Part shown: in pieces, positions 46,116 to 54,896 of the stretch
Numbering within the stretch: position 1 is the stretch's first letter
Layout of the letters: each line of letters opens with the position of its first letter
From: Clostridiales bacterium
Lineage (GTDB): Bacteria; Bacillota; Clostridia; Oscillospirales; CAG-272
NCBI GenBank assembly: GCA_022791195.1
Contig: JAAVYP010000061.1
Location: 12,732 to 76,731, forward strand
DNA length: 64,000 nt
Direction of reading: 5' to 3'
Notes under the pieces: generated by a model
Databases searched by the model: none
Told to the model about the DNA's origin: nothing
What the model saw: only the letters and a program-made list of their open reading frames with translations
Made by a program: the position numbers and the translations under genes

Positions 46116-46625
46116 ATGATGTATAGAATTGACGATACCGTCATATATGGTACGGCTGGCGTATGTAAAATCGAAGCACTTGAGGAACGGGAATTTAGCG
46201 GCGAAAAAAGAAACTATTATGTGTTAAAGCCCCTTTTTCAAGAGGGCGCCAAAACCTATGTGCCGATTGATAATGAAAAATTGGTGTCTAAAATACATCA
46301 TATTTTATCAGTGAATGAAGCAAAGCAGCTGGTTCACACATTATCAGCCGAAGAAATGAACTGGGTCGTAAAAGACAACGAAAGAAAACAGCTTTATGCC
46401 GCTGCTTTGGAAAAGGGCGATCGCAGAGAGATCATCGCGCTGGTGCGGGCTGTGCTGAAGCATAAAAGTGAACAAATGGAAAAAGGGAAAAAGCTGCATA
46501 TATGCGATGAGCATTTTCTCATGCAGGCGCTCAAAATTTTATATGATGAGTTTTCATTTGTTCTTCACATCAGCCGCGAAGAGGTGCTGCCCGTTCTCAT
46601 GGGTGAGAGGGAACTTTCTGTGTAA
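46116..46625 (+). CDS. CarD/CdnL-family transcriptional regulator
   Basis: N-terminal Tudor-like motif DTVIYGTAGVCKIE...YYVLKP....TYVPIDN. Confidence 0.75.
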   Translation: MMYRIDDTVIYGTAGVCKIEALEEREFSGEKRNYYVLKPLFQEGAKTYVPIDNEKLVSKIHHILSVNEAKQLVHTLSAEEMNWVVKDNERKQLYAAALEKGDRREIIALVRAVLKHKSEQMEKGKKLHICDEHFLMQALKILYDEFSFVLHISREEVLPVLMGERELSV

Positions 46626-46645
46626 AGGGAAGTTTGACTAGGCGG

Positions 46646-47338
46646 TTATTCGGTTTTGTTTTTTACATATTGTTTGATCATTTGCTGCATGTGGACAGCG
46701 GACTTTTTGACAAAGGTTTGATAATCTGATTCCGCACCGTCTCCTGCACCGTCTGAGATGGCTCGAATTAGGCAAAAGGGAATCTGATTGACATAACAAA
46801 TCTGCCCGATGGCGCCGCCCTCCATTTCGCAGGCAATGGCCCCGAAGTGCTGCTGGAGCAGCGCTTTTTTTTCTGAATTTGCGATAAAACAATCGCCCGA
46901 AGCAATCGTGCCTTTCCAGACGGGAAAATGGCATGTCTTAGCTGTTTGATAAAACGCCTCTGTCCGGTTTGCATCGCAGGGCAGGAAAACTTGATTAATG
47001 CCCGAAATAAGACCGAGCGGATCGCCCAGGGCGGTGGTGTCGATGTCATGCTGGCATATCTTATCGGCCACGACGATGTCACCAATATGCAGCGATGGCG
47101 ACAGCCCGCCGGCCACGCCGATGTTAATAAGGCAGGTCGGGTGATAGTGTAAAATCATCGTTTGCGCGCACAGTGCGGCAAACACTTTGCCAATGCCGCA
47201 GACAGCGGCTACCGCCTCTTGCTCTCCAATCGTTCCGTGCCAATAGGTGACACCGCTGATCGTTTGCTGCTCTGCTTGCTGCATATTGTCGATGAGATCC
47301 TGAATTTCGATTTGCATAGCGCCGATGATGCCGATCAT
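46646..47338 (-). CDS. mtnN: 5'-methylthioadenosine/S-adenosylhomocysteine nucleosidase
   Basis: MIGIIGAMQIE...GIGKV...EMEGGAI motifs. Confidence 0.9.
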   Translation of the reverse strand: MIGIIGAMQIEIQDLIDNMQQAEQQTISGVTYWHGTIGEQEAVAAVCGIGKVFAALCAQTMILHYHPTCLINIGVAGGLSPSLHIGDIVVADKICQHDIDTTALGDPLGLISGINQVFLPCDANRTEAFYQTAKTCHFPVWKGTIASGDCFIANSEKKALLQQHFGAIACEMEGGAIGQICYVNQIPFCLIRAISDGAGDGAESDYQTFVKKSAVHMQQMIKQYVKNKTE

Positions 47339-47474
47339 GTTTGTTTCCTTTCCTTTGGTGACATGCGGGATAATACGTGATTTTTGTCCCTTATGCTTGA
47401 TTCTTTTCTTATTTCTTCGATTTTATCATATTGTGCGGATTCAGTCAAGAAATTGCAAAGTCATGAATTTATAG

Positions 47475-47503
47475 TTGACGATTTACATTCTTTGTGATAT
47501 AAT
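47475..47503 (+). promoter_or_regulatory. Sigma-A promoter for tRNA-Gln
   Basis: TTGACG-17 nt-TATAAT with an upstream TG (extended -10). Confidence 0.6.
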
Positions 47504-47565
47504 AAGCCAGTCAAAGATAAAACAGCGCCAATAAGATGTCCGGCGTTAATTGATTATCATAATAT

Positions 47566-47641
47566 AGGGGTATCGCCAAGCGGTAAGGCACAGGATTTTG
47601 ATTCCTGCATTGCGCTGGTTCGAATCCAGCTACCCCTGCCA
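47566..47641 (+). tRNA. tRNA-Gln (anticodon UUG), CCA encoded
   Basis: Acceptor stem AGGGGTA/TACCCCT, anticodon stem CAGGA/TCCTG with loop TTTTGAT, T-arm GGTTCGAATCC, 3' GCCA. Confidence 0.9.
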
Positions 47642-47649
47642 ATGTAGAG

Positions 47650-47692
47650 ACCTATCGAAAAAAGCTGTTATTGCTTTATCGATAGGTTTTTG
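47650..47692 (+). terminator. Intrinsic terminator after tRNA-Gln
   Basis: ACCTATCGA...TCGATAGGT followed by TTTTTG. Confidence 0.8.
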
Positions 47693-47748
47693 TTATTATA
47701 ATATTATAGTCTATAAGAAAACATAAAAAGGATAAGGAGGTAACAAAC

Positions 47749-48309
47749 GTGCAAAAATTGAACCATCCGGTGGAAAAGTGCATTGAAACGCTTCTTTATA
47801 ATGGCGTTGAGTTTGAAGTGCTTGAACGTCCCGAAGTGTTATGGGTCGGCTGTATTGATTACGCAAGAAATAACAAGGATGAATCTGATATCGGAGCGAC
47901 GTTGGAGCGTTATCAAAAGTTGATCGAAGTTCCGAAGAAGGAATTGATTAATCCGGACTGGAGTGCCGCACTTTCCATTAATTATTGCGCCGACAAGCCG
48001 TGCGGTCTCATGTTTGCTCAAGAAACATATTCGGATAAACAGGACGAACGATATGACCTGTTTACACAGCCAGGCGGTTTGTGGCTGCGTATACGCAACG
48101 ATAGAAACGCAGCCGCACTTCTTGGCAAAGAAAGCGCAGAGGTTCATGAATATTTTTCGGATGAACGGAAAATATTGCGCACCGTCGCTGAAGCTAATCA
48201 TTATAAGCAGAATTTTGAAGTTTGTGTTGAGGTGGAATATAATTGTCACGCTGAATACCATACCCCGCCCCACACTGCTTATGCCTATATTCCTATTATA
48301 AAAGCGTAA
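47749..48309 (+). CDS. Hypothetical cytoplasmic protein (possibly GyrI-like/effector-binding fold)
   Basis: 186 aa. GTG start 8 nt after AGGAGG. No motif I can name with confidence. Confidence 0.5.
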   Translation: MQKLNHPVEKCIETLLYNGVEFEVLERPEVLWVGCIDYARNNKDESDIGATLERYQKLIEVPKKELINPDWSAALSINYCADKPCGLMFAQETYSDKQDERYDLFTQPGGLWLRIRNDRNAAALLGKESAEVHEYFSDERKILRTVAEANHYKQNFEVCVEVEYNCHAEYHTPPHTAYAYIPIIKA

Positions 48310-48395
48310 GGAGAAACACCTGTTTACATGGGGTTAAGCTTGTTACAATAAATGTTAGGAGATCTTTTTTGTTAATCATTCTGTTTTGTAAATGG

Positions 48396-48432
48396 AGCGG
48401 GACAAGCGTATATCGCTTGTCCCGCTTTTCTT
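48396..48432 (+). terminator. Intrinsic terminator
   Basis: AGCGGGACAAGCG-tatat-CGCTTGTCCCGCT followed by TTTCTT. Confidence 0.85.
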
Positions 48433-48473
48433 GTCTGCACAGCCATGGCATTTGCTTATAGATGTTATGTGGT

Positions 48474-48722
48474 TTAGAGGCGGCGTTTTTTCATCTCTTG
48501 TTCTATAGAAAGAACAATGTTGCTCATATCTACCCCCAGCGCCTGGCTGATTTTATATAAGGTTTCCAGAGTGGGCTTGCGTTCCCCGCGCTCGATGGCG
48601 CTTAGGTGGGTTCGGCCGATATCCGCTAAACCGCTTAATACTTCTTGTGTGATTCCTTTGTCCTGTCTGTATTTGGCGATGACCTCGCCCACGATCATTG
48701 GGTCTAAACGCATGTCGCTCAT
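48474..48722 (-). CDS. XRE-family helix-turn-helix transcriptional regulator
   Basis: ITQEVLSGLADIGRTHLSAIERGERKPTLETL HTH_3 motif. Start taken at MSDMRL. Confidence 0.8.
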   Translation of the reverse strand: MSDMRLDPMIVGEVIAKYRQDKGITQEVLSGLADIGRTHLSAIERGERKPTLETLYKISQALGVDMSNIVLSIEQEMKKRRL

Positions 48723-48869
48723 GGCAGCTTTCCTTTCAAAAAATAACCGGCGCCGGTGCGCTGACCGTTTTGTCAACATCTATCTTTTTGCATAGAAGTA
48801 GGTACGCTTTCCGCGCTGCCGCCTTGTAGAAAGTGTAGCCTAAAATGAGTGTTATTATGAATACAAATG

Positions 48870-48898
48870 TTGACAAAAGAACACGTATGTGTTATTAT
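48870..48898 (+). promoter_or_regulatory. Candidate sigma-A promoter for the ABC-2 transporter operon
   Basis: TTGACA-17 nt-TATTAT. The spacer contains the ACAC-gtat-GTGT inverted repeat, a possible XRE operator. A second TTGACA lies at 48963. Confidence 0.45.
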
Positions 48899-49031
48899 TT
48901 TCACAGTTATTTGTATTTGAGGAAAGGAAGGCCGGTGAAAAGAGAAAAGAAGATCGAAAGACTTGACAATGAAATAGAATTTAGTATCATGTATAAATGA
49001 AGTAACAGCAGTTAAGAAAGGGAGATGAAGA

Positions 49032-49940
49032 ATGAAGCTTGCATTAGAGAACATACAAAAAAGCTTCGGTGAAAAACGAGTGTTAAAGGGCGTTTCTTTA
49101 ACGGCAGAGGGCGGCAAGGCGTTTGGCTTGCTTGGCCGAAACGGCGCGGGCAAAACGACGTCTATTCGTATTTTGATGGGTGTGTTTCCGGCTGACAGCG
49201 GTCAGATTTTGCTGGACGGCAAACCGCTTGACAACAGCCAAATTGGTTTTGGTTATTTGCCCGAAGAGCGCGGCCTTTACCCGAAAAAGAAGATTATTGA
49301 CCAGCTTGTTTATTTTGCCGAGCTGAAGGGCATGTGCAAAGCGGACGCTGTTAAGGGTGTGGACAAATGGCTGGAACGGCTTGGCATGACCGAATATCGA
49401 AATAAACGATTGGATGTGCTATCCAAAGGAAATCAGCAAAAAATCCAGCTCATTACCGCTTTGGTGCACAATCCGCAGATTGTGATCTTAGACGAGCCCT
49501 TTTCGGGCTTGGATCCGGTGAATGCTATGCTGCTCAAAGAGGTGGTCAGAGAACAGATTGCCAAGGGGAAAATTGTGTTGTTTTCCAGCCATCAAATGAG
49601 TTATATTGAGGAATTTTGCGACAGCATCGCGATTCTGCATGATGGAACGGTTGCGCTGCGCGGCGATCTGTATGACATCAAACGTCAATATAAAAGAGAC
49701 AAATTAGTGGTTCGTTCTGCCGAAATCGATAAGCTGATCTCCGCTTTTGCGGCGCAGGCCACAAAACGAAGCGACAACGAATTGTTAATCCAGCTTTCTT
49801 CTCCTGATGAAAAACAGGAAATAATGAAGCAATTGACAGCGCAGTTCGACATCGATGAAATCAAGGTGTTTGAGCCGTCTTTAAACGATATTTTCGTTGA
49901 ATATGCAGGCAATGAAGGACAAGGAGGCAGTCGGTCATGA
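49032..49940 (+). CDS. ABC transporter ATP-binding protein (ABC-2/NatA-like)
   Basis: Walker A GRNGAGKTT, signature LSKGNQQK, Walker B VILDEP. Confidence 0.9.
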   Translation: MKLALENIQKSFGEKRVLKGVSLTAEGGKAFGLLGRNGAGKTTSIRILMGVFPADSGQILLDGKPLDNSQIGFGYLPEERGLYPKKKIIDQLVYFAELKGMCKADAVKGVDKWLERLGMTEYRNKRLDVLSKGNQQKIQLITALVHNPQIVILDEPFSGLDPVNAMLLKEVVREQIAKGKIVLFSSHQMSYIEEFCDSIAILHDGTVALRGDLYDIKRQYKRDKLVVRSAEIDKLISAFAAQATKRSDNELLIQLSSPDEKQEIMKQLTAQFDIDEIKVFEPSLNDIFVEYAGNEGQGGSRS

Positions 49941-51172
49941 AACAATTTAAAACCATTTTGGGCTTTGAGCTGACCAATTACTTTAAAAACAAGATTTTTG
50001 TGGGGGTTACCCTCTTTTTGGTGGCCGTGATTGCGGTGGTGATGTTTTTTCCGCGTTTGTCTGCCGCTCTGACAAGTGAAGAATCAGCTGAGCAAGAGCG
50101 GGCGGTCATGTTGGTTGAAACCCGTGAGGGTGAAAACGCAGCGCTGATTGAACAGACGTTCGCCGCCGCTTTTCCGGCCTATGAGGTGCACATGAGCGGG
50201 TTCGATGTGACCGAGCTGCAAGCGCCAATCACCGCCGGCGAAGCAGACTGTGCATTTTTCATTGAGAGTCTTACGTCCTATACCTATTATGTCAATAATC
50301 TTTCCCTATATGATACAAACACTGACATAGCTGATGAAGCGCTGCGCAACATTTACCGCGTCAGTGCAATGAGTGCGCAGGGGTTGCCGGCCGATGAGGC
50401 CGCGGCCATTTTGTCGGCGCCCATCGAGCACCGTGTCGAGACGTTCGGCAAGGATCAGTTTCAGAATTATTTCTACACATATATCATGATTTTTGCTTTG
50501 TATATGGTGATTTTGCTGTATGGCCAGATGGTGGCCATGAGCGTGGCAACCGAAAAAAGCTCTCGCGCGATGGAGGTGCTCATTACCAGCGCCCGTCCGG
50601 TGGCCATGATGTTCGGCAAAGTGATTGCGGCTTGTCTTGCCGGCTTGGTGCAGCTTGTGTGCATATTCGGCTCGGCCTTTTTCTTCTTCCGTATCAATCA
50701 GTCTGATTGGGGAGATAATCCCATTATTCATTCTATTTTTAATATGCCTGCGGAGCTGCTGCTCTACATGTTGTTATTTTTCGTGCTTGGCTTTCTTATC
50801 TATGCTTTTCTGTATGGCGCGGTTGGTTCCACCGCTTCCAAGTTAGAGGATATCAACACTTCGGTCATGCCGATCACCATGCTGTTTATTATTGCCTTTA
50901 TGGTGGTGATTTTCTCGATGTCCAGCGGCAATGTGGATAATATCTGGATGTTAATTTGCTCGTATATTCCGTTTACCTCACCCATGGCTATGTTTACCCG
51001 TATCGCCATGAGCACAGTGCCTGTGTATGAAATTGTGATCTCGATTGCCATACTCATCGGCTCGGTTTTTGGGGTGGGCGTATTGTCTGCCAAGATTTAC
51101 CGGGTTGGTGTGTTGCTGTACGGCACAACGCCCAAGATCGGCTCGGTGTTAAAGTCGGTTTGGAAAGCGTAA
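49937..51172 (+). CDS. ABC-2 family transporter permease (NatB-like)
   Basis: N-terminal TM helix, large extracytoplasmic loop, then 5 C-terminal TM helices. ATGA overlap with the ATPase gene. Confidence 0.8.
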   Translation: MKQFKTILGFELTNYFKNKIFVGVTLFLVAVIAVVMFFPRLSAALTSEESAEQERAVMLVETREGENAALIEQTFAAAFPAYEVHMSGFDVTELQAPITAGEADCAFFIESLTSYTYYVNNLSLYDTNTDIADEALRNIYRVSAMSAQGLPADEAAAILSAPIEHRVETFGKDQFQNYFYTYIMIFALYMVILLYGQMVAMSVATEKSSRAMEVLITSARPVAMMFGKVIAACLAGLVQLVCIFGSAFFFFRINQSDWGDNPIIHSIFNMPAELLLYMLLFFVLGFLIYAFLYGAVGSTASKLEDINTSVMPITMLFIIAFMVVIFSMSSGNVDNIWMLICSYIPFTSPMAMFTRIAMSTVPVYEIVISIAILIGSVFGVGVLSAKIYRVGVLLYGTTPKIGSVLKSVWKA

Positions 51173-51189
51173 AAGAGTTGTATTTATGA

Positions 51190-51228
51190 AAAAACAGTTT
51201 ATATCGGATGGATATAAACTGTTTTTTT
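51190..51228 (+). terminator. Intrinsic terminator after the ABC-2 operon
   Basis: AACAGTTTATATC-ggatg-GATATAAACTGTT followed by TTTTTC. Confidence 0.85.
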
Positions 51229-51375
51229 CAGAAACAAGATGAAATGGTTAAGAAATGAACAGATTTATGTAATAAAGCATAAAGAGCATTAAGAAATTGA
51301 ATGGTTGTATTTTAAGATTGTTTTTGTATACTGTTATCAAGATAAATTATTAGCATATAAGAAAGGACAGCAAAG

Positions 51376-52293
51376 ATGAAAAAAATCCTAATATTGATGC
51401 TGGCGGTGGTTCTTTTCGCGGCCGGCTGTCAGAAAGCTGAAACCGAGAGCGAGCCGGAAACGACTGCGCCCAGCGAACCGACGTTTGTGATGCCTGAGCA
51501 AAGCTATATCGGTGTATGGTCTACAGAGGGTGTGGCCGGTCATACTAACTCTATTTACATCTATGAAATCACAACAGATACGATCCAGTTTGCTACCGGT
51601 GTGCGTGACAGACACTTTGGCTTTCAGGGAACAGCGATTGTTCGTGATGGAGAATTGGTTTTTGGCGACGGTATTTCGCCCGTTTACAGCGGTCCGTCTA
51701 TGTTAAAAGGCCGTTTGACATTGGAAGATAATCAGGTGACGGTGATTTATGACAGCTTCGGCGATATAGAGGCGAATCAAACAGAGCCTGATACCTATCA
51801 CTTTACGATGAGGTACGAGGATTCGGCCGCTCTGATCGAACAATATAAGAATATGCAGGATCAAACCGTTCCGCCGCTAAGCTATCCGGCGCGGGCTAAC
51901 CCGGCGCTGGAATCGGCGCTCAAAACGGTCGTTAACGACATGCAGAACAAGGACTGGCAGCAAATTGAAATCATTGAGAACGAACCGGATACCATCAGAC
52001 GATGGGGCTGCATTGTTCTGGAACCATGTGACTTACAGGATGGGGAAACGCTGTACACGGTAATCGGGCGTTCTGAGAATGTTCTGTTCCAGAATCCTTT
52101 TTATGCGGTGGTTAAGATTGCTTACCATTATGGGTCACAAACATGGCGAATAGCCGAAATGTATTATATATCTTACTCGGGCCGGCTGTTGCCGGAAGCT
52201 TATTTTGAAAGTCAGTTTTCATCTGCATATAAGATCGGTGAGGTGGTGCCTGCCAATCATCCTGTATTGTTTGACTATATGTATAGCTATTAA
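51376..52293 (+). CDS. Hypothetical lipoprotein
   Basis: Signal peptide with lipobox LFAAGC. No recognisable domain. Confidence 0.6.
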   Translation: MKKILILMLAVVLFAAGCQKAETESEPETTAPSEPTFVMPEQSYIGVWSTEGVAGHTNSIYIYEITTDTIQFATGVRDRHFGFQGTAIVRDGELVFGDGISPVYSGPSMLKGRLTLEDNQVTVIYDSFGDIEANQTEPDTYHFTMRYEDSAALIEQYKNMQDQTVPPLSYPARANPALESALKTVVNDMQNKDWQQIEIIENEPDTIRRWGCIVLEPCDLQDGETLYTVIGRSENVLFQNPFYAVVKIAYHYGSQTWRIAEMYYISYSGRLLPEAYFESQFSSAYKIGEVVPANHPVLFDYMYSY

Positions 52294-52304
52294 CAACCGA
52301 GATA

Positions 52305-52341
52305 TAAAAAAACACACAGCGATATCGCTGTGTGTTTTTTT
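52305..52341. terminator. Bidirectional terminator between the lipoprotein gene and the end of the pilus operon
   Basis: AAAAAAACACACAGCGATATCGCTGTGTGTTTTTTT, a perfect palindrome. Confidence 0.85.
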
Positions 52342-52978
52342 ATTCATACGGGGATATGGCTTTGCAGCGGATAGTGATTCGTTCTGCACCGCTTAACGTG
52401 CAGGTAAAGAGGGTTAAATCCCATTCGCCCGAGGTCATTTCCTTTACGGCTCTGCCAGAGAGGGTTTCTATCCTTTCTGCCTGATAACGGAATACGTTTT
52501 GCTCCATATCGGTAAAGATGATTTTGTCTCCCACCGTGATATTTTTTAGCTTGCCGAAGTGGGACGTGTAATTGTGGGCGGCAATGATGAAGTGACCGCT
52601 GTAGGGTGAGCCATGGTAACGGCAGGGTGCTGTTTTCAATTGCTCGTTGCTAAAACTTTCCATTACCGGCAATTCGAGGTCTAATGAGGGAATGGTGATG
52701 GTGCCAATGTACGAATATCCGTCAATGGTGATCGTTTGCATTTCCATGGCGGGGTTTAAGAGATAGTCGGGAACGGACGAATGATGCCCTTGTCCGGCGG
52801 AATCTACTTCCTCCCATTGCTCGTGCAGCTGGGCCAGCACCGAAGCGGCGGCTTCTTCAGCGCGGCGTTTATCCCACACATTATAAATGGTTAACAGAAG
52901 GGCGGCTGCCAACAGCAGCACGCCCCCTATCATAAACCCGATTGTGATATATTTGTTTGTGTTCAAACGCTTTAGCAT
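52340..52978 (-). CDS. Sortase (N-terminal anchor only; class not assignable by eye)
   Basis: Catalytic His (IIAAHNY), TLFTCT Cys motif and a conserved Arg (ITIRC). Start at MLKRLNT overlaps the upstream pilin stop. Confidence 0.8.
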   Translation of the reverse strand: MLKRLNTNKYITIGFMIGGVLLLAAALLLTIYNVWDKRRAEEAAASVLAQLHEQWEEVDSAGQGHHSSVPDYLLNPAMEMQTITIDGYSYIGTITIPSLDLELPVMESFSNEQLKTAPCRYHGSPYSGHFIIAAHNYTSHFGKLKNITVGDKIIFTDMEQNVFRYQAERIETLSGRAVKEMTSGEWDLTLFTCTLSGAERITIRCKAISPYE

Positions 52979-54006
52979 GACTTTTTCTTTCTGCTGATAA
53001 GCCAGCCTGTTAAGAATAAGAGCAGTCCTGCACCGGCAAGGAGGGGAACCGGCCACCAGAGCTGTCCTGTTTGGGGCAGTTCGGTATCCTCTTGATTGTC
53101 AGAAGGTTGTGAAGTATCTGTATCTGTCGGTGTGGGATCGGAGGGAAGATCTTCACCCTCGCGATGATAGGTGTTTGTTATCACAAAGGTGTTCTCTTCT
53201 CGCTCGGTTTGCACAGTATAGCCGGTGGGTACTTCTTTTTCCACGACATTCCAGTCGAAAGAAGCATCCAAATCAGACCATGTATGTCCCCAATCGTTTT
53301 TTGCGTTTAACGTGACTTCCTCAAAGACGCTTCCGTCTTTGAGCAGCTGCATCACGACGGCGTTGGGCCGTGCTTCTGATGCATCGTCGTTTTTCCATAT
53401 TTTTAAGACACGCCGTTCTGTTGTTTTGGGTTCGGATGGTGCGTCTTTCCGTTCAAATTTCGGTTCAGCAACGACCGCATAGGTCCATTGGTCTTCTGTC
53501 TCTAAGTTGGGCAAGCAGATTAAAAAGGGCTGCGGTGTGTATACAAAGCCGTTTTGCGTTTGCTTTTCACCAACGACCAGATAGAGGCCAACGGGCAGAT
53601 CTACGAATTTTATGTTTCCGTCGCTGTTAGTCTGGCTTTTAGCATCGGCGGCTATCTTGTCGCGTGCTGCATAGCCGGCTAACGTGAGGGCTAACGAATG
53701 CCAACTTTCGCTGTCTAATTCATCAAAAGATACGGCGTAGTTTGCGAAATGGCTTGTCGGTGTAAATTTGGCCTTGGCTGATACATCTGCTGTGCGGTAT
53801 AAGGAGAAAGACATGCCCGAAAGCGGTTCGTTCTCGTACTGCAAAGAAAGCGTCAGCGATGTTTTTTCATTCACATCGATCAGCGGGGTATAGCTGGTGA
53901 CAACGGGTGCTGCTAGAATTGGCTGTGCTATGCTGATGCATAAAGCCCATATACAAAGCCACAGGGCAGCAAAGCTGCACCATTTTTTGATGATTCCGCT
54001 TTTCAT
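52972..54006 (-). CDS. LPXTG-anchored minor/basal pilin with Cna-B type domains
   Basis: Signal peptide. CnaB-like VLKIWKNDD...RPNAVVMQLLKDG...WNVVEKEVPTGY. C-terminal LPQTG plus TM helix plus RKKK. Confidence 0.75.
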   Translation of the reverse strand: MKSGIIKKWCSFAALWLCIWALCISIAQPILAAPVVTSYTPLIDVNEKTSLTLSLQYENEPLSGMSFSLYRTADVSAKAKFTPTSHFANYAVSFDELDSESWHSLALTLAGYAARDKIAADAKSQTNSDGNIKFVDLPVGLYLVVGEKQTQNGFVYTPQPFLICLPNLETEDQWTYAVVAEPKFERKDAPSEPKTTERRVLKIWKNDDASEARPNAVVMQLLKDGSVFEEVTLNAKNDWGHTWSDLDASFDWNVVEKEVPTGYTVQTEREENTFVITNTYHREGEDLPSDPTPTDTDTSQPSDNQEDTELPQTGQLWWPVPLLAGAGLLLFLTGWLISRKKKSC

Positions 54007-54024
54007 ATAGCGCTCTCCTTTCTC

Positions 54025-54882
54025 TCAGTTTATTTGATGTTTTGTATTGTTCTTTTTTCTTCTCTGACGTTTCCACAATACCAAAAGAATAACGGCGATA
54101 CAAACAAGAATCACAACCGGAATCAGTGTAAAGGGTGTGATCGTGAAAATGCCGGTCTGTTTCCATCTTGTCTCGTCCTGATTTTCAGGGGAAACCGTTT
54201 CGGTTCCGATTCGATGGCCGCGCACTAAAAGCCGGTGTGTGTTCACACCATATGGCGTGCAGGTCAGCAGCGTGCAGTAATCTTGGTCAGGTTCAATGCG
54301 CAGCGGGGCAGTGTTTTCAGGTTCAACGGTTAAAATCTGATCGACTTCGTATAGAAACGAGATATTCAGTACCGTGACCGAAAAGGTATCGCCTTGTTCC
54401 AGCTTGTCAATATTGGTGAAAAGCTTGGCGCTGGGCAGGCCTCGGTGACCCGAGAGCACGCAGTGGCTGCTTTTCGTACCGACAGGAAGCGAAGAACCCT
54501 CCATATGGCCGACGGACGTTTGCAGCACCGATTCATCGGTGCCATGATAAATGGGCAGTTTGATATTGACTTTTGGAATTTCAATGTAGCCCATCATACC
54601 GGCGCCGTTTATATCTAAGAGCGAACGGTATTCAGCCGCTTCTGCATCGGTGAGAGTCAGCGCTGATTTTTTGGCCGCCAGCCTTTGATTAAATACTTCT
54701 GCCTGGCTGAGGGCCTCTGCGGCCACTTGTTCATCAAGTTCGGCGGCACTTTTCGCATAGCTGACAATGGTGCGGGCCTGTCGGGTGGTGTTATACCAAT
54801 CGCTCACAACGGGATAAGCAAGCAAGCCAATACCCGTTATGAGGACCAGTATCATGAGTAGAGTGGATAAACGTCTTTTCAT
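54025..54882 (-). CDS. Class C (pilin-polymerising) sortase
   Basis: N- and C-terminal TM anchors, VLSGHRG His motif, TLLTCTPYGVNTHRLLVRG. Confidence 0.85.
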   Translation of the reverse strand: MKRRLSTLLMILVLITGIGLLAYPVVSDWYNTTRQARTIVSYAKSAAELDEQVAAEALSQAEVFNQRLAAKKSALTLTDAEAAEYRSLLDINGAGMMGYIEIPKVNIKLPIYHGTDESVLQTSVGHMEGSSLPVGTKSSHCVLSGHRGLPSAKLFTNIDKLEQGDTFSVTVLNISFLYEVDQILTVEPENTAPLRIEPDQDYCTLLTCTPYGVNTHRLLVRGHRIGTETVSPENQDETRWKQTGIFTITPFTLIPVVILVCIAVILLVLWKRQRRKKNNTKHQIN

Positions 54883-54896
54883 AAGGTTTAGTTTAA